Origin: an uncultured Sangeribacter sp.
GTDB taxonomy: Bacteria; Bacteroidota; Bacteroidia; Bacteroidales; Muribaculaceae
Direction of reading: 5' to 3'
Assembly: GCA_964537745.1 (NCBI GenBank)
Contig: CAZIAX010000001.1
Coordinates: 11,865-75,864 of the forward strand
DNA length: 64,000 nt
The notes beneath the pieces are model-generated. The model searched no databases. It was not told the origin of the DNA and worked only from the letters and a program-made list of their open reading frames with translations. Shown piece after piece: positions 60,344 to 64,000 of this stretch; position 1 is the stretch's first letter, and each line of letters starts with the position of its first letter. A program made the position numbers and the translations under genes.

Positions 60344-63300
60344 TTATTGATTCATCAGGTGCTTGACAGCTCCTTCGAGCTGGGCATCGCGTCCTGCTTC
60401 TACATCTGCCGGTGCGTTATAAATGATGACGTCCGGATTGAGCTGCGTATTCTCAAGAGGTTTGCCATCTATTGAAAGATTGGTTACCTGCGGAATGCCG
60501 AAGACAAGACTTGGGTCAATCTGTGTTTCCCACCATACAGCTGTCATGGTGCCAGGAATTGGAGCACCAATCACATCACCTATTCCAAGGGTTTGGAATA
60601 CATATGGAGTGCCCGACGCATCGCTGTAGTTACATTCGTTGACGAGCATTGCCGACGGTTTGGTCCACTGCGCCCATGGCTCACTGCCGATATATTGTCC
60701 TCGCGGAGAGTAGCGTGCATATTCCTTGCCATTCAGCAGAATAGCAAGGTCGTTGTGAAGCCAACCGCCACCATTGTATCGGGTGTCTACCACCACAGCA
60801 TCGCAGTTGCGGTATTTACCAAGCAGACGCTCATAGGCGTTCTGATAACTTGCTGTGTTCATCCCCCTCACATGAATATAACCTATCTTGCCTCCCGATA
60901 CGGAGTCTACAATTTGCTCGTTGCGTTCTATCCAACGCTCATAGCTGAGATCGGAAAGTGCACCTTGCGAGATAGGACGCACATTCACATCGCGCGTCTT
61001 GCCGTCGGTGCCCTTTACTGAAAGTCGCACTTTCTTGCCAGCCTTTCCGTCAAGCATTGCATTTACGTCTTGACGCGGGCCTATGGCCTCTCCATCAATA
61101 GAGAGAATGATCTCTCCTGGCTTAATGTTTGCAGATTTCGTAGATAGTGGTCCGCGAGCGATAATTTCAGCTATCTTAAGGCCGTTGCCATCATATGTCT
61201 CATCAAAATATGCTCCAAGGGAAGCAGTAGAAAGGGCTGCCCCGTTTCCGTAGGCACGTCCCCCTGTATGCGAGGCATTGAGCTCACCAAGTATCTCGCT
61301 CAGCATTTCCGCGAAGTCGCGATTGTTGGAGATATAGGGAAGGAACTTGCGGTAGTGGTCGCCATAATATGCCCAGTCTACCCCATGCAGATTCTCATCA
61401 TAGAATTTATCGTTCACCTGACGCAGCATATGGTCGTAGATATACTCGCGCTCCTTCGATGGGCTGCGGTCATAGAGCGCTTCATATTCTACGTCTTCTA
61501 TCTTGTCGTTGGAAAGGTTCATCTTCTTTATGCCACCGCTGCCCCAAAGGAAAAGGTTTTCTCCCTTTGCATCGGGCTCCAGCGCGTAGATGCCAGAGGT
61601 GACAACCGATACATCCCCTTTCTTAATGTCGCGGCAATAGAGATTGCGCTTACCCTCCGTGCTGGAAGCAGTATAGTAGAGTTTATCACCCTTCGGAGTA
61701 AGGAAGTAATCACCTATCAGTGCGGAGTTGCCTGTCAAGCGCTTTGTGCGGTATCGGCGGTTGGCAAGGTCGGGAGTGAACTTGGATTTCTCTTCTTTTT
61801 TATCAGCCTTGGCATCTTTCTTGCCTTTCTTATCCTTTTTGTCTTTCTTATCTTTCTTGTCATCCTTGGAGTCGGAATCGCCATCTTCCTTGGAATCTTT
61901 TTCTTTTAAAGCGGCCTCTTCTTCAGTCATGTTGAAGTCATCCCATACATCACCATCAAGAGCCATAAGGATTATGTCGCTTTGGTTGCCCCAGCTGCCG
62001 GTGTTTTTCATGCCATATTTTGCCGATTCAAAGGCAATGGCCTTTCCATCGAGAACCCATTTCGGATTTCCTTCGCTGAAACCGCTCTCTGTCAAGTCTA
62101 CCACCTGGCTGCCGTCAGCTTTGATGAGTGCGATGTCAGTGTTGTTCCATCCCCCTTCGCCGATATAGTTCATTATTAGCCATTGGCTGTCAGGGCTCCA
62201 GGCAAACTGTTGGTCGCCGTCTGAATAGGAATAATTGTATTTCCCGTCGAGTGCAGTGGTGACCTTCTTAGTGTCAAGATCTATTACCTTCAAAGTCGAG
62301 CGGTTTTCAAGAAACGCCACCTTCTTGCCATCAGGACTAATGACTGGTTGCATGGCGCTTGTAGCGCACTTATACAGTGGTTCTTCCACTATCTCTGTGG
62401 CATATGCAAATTGCTCCTCATCGGGATTCTTGATCTTGGCAGTGAAAAGTTGCCAGTATCCGTCGCGGTCGCTGTCATAGACCATAGTCTTTCCATCGGG
62501 AGAGATGCTGACAGTGCGTTCTTGGTCGGGAGTGTCTGTGATACGCTTGGTGGTCTTATACTTGGCGTCAGTCACATAGACATCACCTCTGATTACTATT
62601 GCCAGTTCGTTGCCTTTGGGGGCCGCAAAGAAGGATGAGGCGCCGTTTGTCACATAACGCTTCACGAGATCTGAGTCATAGTCATCAGTTATAATGTTGA
62701 CATTTACTTTCTGCGGTTGTCCGCCATCCTTCAAAGTATAAAGTTCGCCATCCCAGCTAAAAGCCATGAGACCTCCGTCTGACACCGACAGGTTTCTGAC
62801 CGGATGCTTTTCAAACGCTGTCAGCTTTCTTTTTGCGCCATTAAGGTCTGCGGCATACACATTGAGTGTGCCGTCTTCCTCTGAAAGGAAGAAAAATGAA
62901 TCTTTCTGAGGAGCCCAGACTGCATTGCGATCATGACCGTTGAAGTTGGTCAATTGGCGGAAGTTGCCGTTGTCATAGAGCCAGATGTCATTGGTGCCTG
63001 AGCTGCGCTCATGCTTGCGGAAGACATCTTCATAACCTTTCTTATCTGTAAAGATGATTTTCCCATCTTTTCCTGCAGATGAAAAAAGCATCGGCATGGA
63101 AAGGAACATGCTGGGGCGGGTACCTGGCTGATTTACATTGAGGGAATATGTCTGCGGAAGAATCGGAGCTTGGGCCGAACCGCGGGCAGGCATATCGTTG
63201 GCCGAAAAGAGAAGTGTTGAGTCATTTAGGAAAGCCAATGGCTGCTCGGCTATGCTCGAGGTGGTCAGTCGTTTCACACTTCCTCCGTTGGAATTCATGA

Positions 63301-63571
63301 TAAAGATATCGTCGCTACCCTCCCTATCAGAACGGAACACCAATCTTTTCCCATCAGGGGTCCACACAGGTTTTGAGTCAAACGCCTCATTGGAGGTAAG
63401 CTGACGTGCCTCTCCTCCACCCACTGGAACCGAGTAGATGTCTCCCTTATAGGTGAACGCTATCGACTCCCCATCAGGTGAAATAGCCACATCGCGTATC
63501 CACAGAGGGGACTCAGCCACCACTGATACCGCGGCCATGGCTGCAATCGCCGTAAGTATTGTCTTTTTCAT
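60344..63571 (-). CDS. Tricorn-like S41 peptidase (PD40 propellers, PDZ and catalytic domain)
   Basis: SPDG repeats, LGELNASH, DTRYNGGG, NYSDAS, DAQLEGAV; signal peptide. Confidence 0.92.
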   Translation of the reverse strand: MKKTILTAIAAMAAVSVVAESPLWIRDVAISPDGESIAFTYKGDIYSVPVGGGEARQLTSNEAFDSKPVWTPDGKRLVFRSDREGSDDIFIMNSNGGSVKRLTTSSIAEQPLAFLNDSTLLFSANDMPARGSAQAPILPQTYSLNVNQPGTRPSMFLSMPMLFSSAGKDGKIIFTDKKGYEDVFRKHERSSGTNDIWLYDNGNFRQLTNFNGHDRNAVWAPQKDSFFFLSEEDGTLNVYAADLNGAKRKLTAFEKHPVRNLSVSDGGLMAFSWDGELYTLKDGGQPQKVNVNIITDDYDSDLVKRYVTNGASSFFAAPKGNELAIVIRGDVYVTDAKYKTTKRITDTPDQERTVSISPDGKTMVYDSDRDGYWQLFTAKIKNPDEEQFAYATEIVEEPLYKCATSAMQPVISPDGKKVAFLENRSTLKVIDLDTKKVTTALDGKYNYSYSDGDQQFAWSPDSQWLIMNYIGEGGWNNTDIALIKADGSQVVDLTESGFSEGNPKWVLDGKAIAFESAKYGMKNTGSWGNQSDIILMALDGDVWDDFNMTEEEAALKEKDSKEDGDSDSKDDKKDKKDKKDKKGKKDAKADKKEEKSKFTPDLANRRYRTKRLTGNSALIGDYFLTPKGDKLYYTASSTEGKRNLYCRDIKKGDVSVVTSGIYALEPDAKGENLFLWGSGGIKKMNLSNDKIEDVEYEALYDRSPSKEREYIYDHMLRQVNDKFYDENLHGVDWAYYGDHYRKFLPYISNNRDFAEMLSEILGELNASHTGGRAYGNGAALSTASLGAYFDETYDGNGLKIAEIIARGPLSTKSANIKPGEIILSIDGEAIGPRQDVNAMLDGKAGKKVRLSVKGTDGKTRDVNVRPISQGALSDLSYERWIERNEQIVDSVSGGKIGYIHVRGMNTASYQNAYERLLGKYRNCDAVVVDTRYNGGGWLHNDLAILLNGKEYARYSPRGQYIGSEPWAQWTKPSAMLVNECNYSDASGTPYVFQTLGIGDVIGAPIPGTMTAVWWETQIDPSLVFGIPQVTNLSIDGKPLENTQLNPDVIIYNAPADVEAGRDAQLEGAVKHLMNQ

Positions 63572-63720
63572 GATCGTAATATATTGATGTTTGAATTATT
63601 ATTTCTTTTATTTATTCTCTGCATCCTGCTCCTAAGCGGCCTCTGCGTGATAATGACAGAGCTTTTTCCCACTACAAAATTAAGAAAAATGACCGAAACA
63701 ATAAAATATTCTGCAAAAAA

Positions 63721-63752
63721 TTTGGCGGTCTCAAATTTTCTTATTAACTTTG
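63721..63752 (+). promoter_or_regulatory. Consensus Bacteroidetes promoter for the tRNA
   Basis: TTTG at 63721-63724, 20-nt spacer, TAACTTTG at 63745-63752. Confidence 0.75.
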
Positions 63753-63780
63753 CACCGCAAATGAGGGAAACGCCTCTTAT

Positions 63781-63867
63781 GGTGAGGTGGGTGAGTGGCT
63801 GAAACCACCAGTTTGCTAAACTGACGTAGGAGCAATCCTACCACGAGTTCGAATCTCGTCCTCACCG
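63781..63867 (+). tRNA. tRNA-Ser (GCT)
   Basis: Acceptor stem GGTGAGG/CCTCACC plus discriminator G; anticodon loop TT-GCT-AA; long variable arm TAGGA-gcaa-TCCTA; GTTCGAATC; CCA not encoded. Confidence 0.96.
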
Positions 63868-63868
63868 C

Positions 63869-63904
63869 AAAAGTCCGACAGTCTTACGACTGCCGGACTT
63901 TTTT
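63869..63904 (+). terminator. Intrinsic terminator after the tRNA
   Basis: AAAAGTCCGACAGTC-ttac-GACTGCCGGACTTTTTT. Confidence 0.8.
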
Positions 63905-63924
63905 ATCTGTTTGCCGGAGCCTTT

Positions 63925-63972
63925 TAAGCCCAGAGGGCTTATAATCTTGTTAGCCCTCGGTGAAACCGAGGG
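63925..63972. repeat. Double-hairpin REP-like element
   Basis: TAAGCCC-aga-GGGCTTA followed by CCCTCGGT-gaa-ACCGAGGG. Confidence 0.45.
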
Positions 63973-64000
63973 ACTGCCACCCAACTCTCCCACACTGCCC

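Noticed and set aside
61790-61925. KKD-repeat stretch in the S41 protease
   Set aside because: In-frame low-complexity linker, commonly seen in this protease family

Overview
A 64-kb Bacteroidales chromosomal segment (TAnnTTTG promoters, SusC/D and T9SS genes; the style suggests Muribaculaceae/Prevotella-like, which is inference). 1-32.3 kb is a large xylan polysaccharide-utilisation locus: CE6 (runs off the left edge and is missing from the ORF track), GH5, CE1, a non-catalytic tandem-CBM protein, CBM-interrupted GH10, a SusE-like protein, tandem susC-susD-susC-susD, GH43, a hybrid two-component regulator, GH115, a GH105-DUF2264 fusion and xylE. It is followed by an OmpR-type two-component pair whose kinase has an in-frame TAA, a divergent T9SS adhesin-like protein, a nuclease, GH51, a GNAT, pepC, a glycosyltransferase/Wzx/LtaS-like cluster, the T9SS operon porT-porP-porK-porL-porM-porN, kdgK-eda, a tricorn-like S41 protease and tRNA-Ser(GCT). 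The most interesting observations are a candidate ~390-nt PUL-internal sRNA, T9SS-tagged PUL proteins with a shared unnamed CBM-like domain, a possible T9SS cargo-anchoring glycan locus beside porN, phased regulator boxes, twin non-terminating stem-loops and a family of intergenic 8-9-bp repeats. No CRISPR array, rRNA, transposase or prophage was seen. All family assignments come from motif recognition, not database searches.
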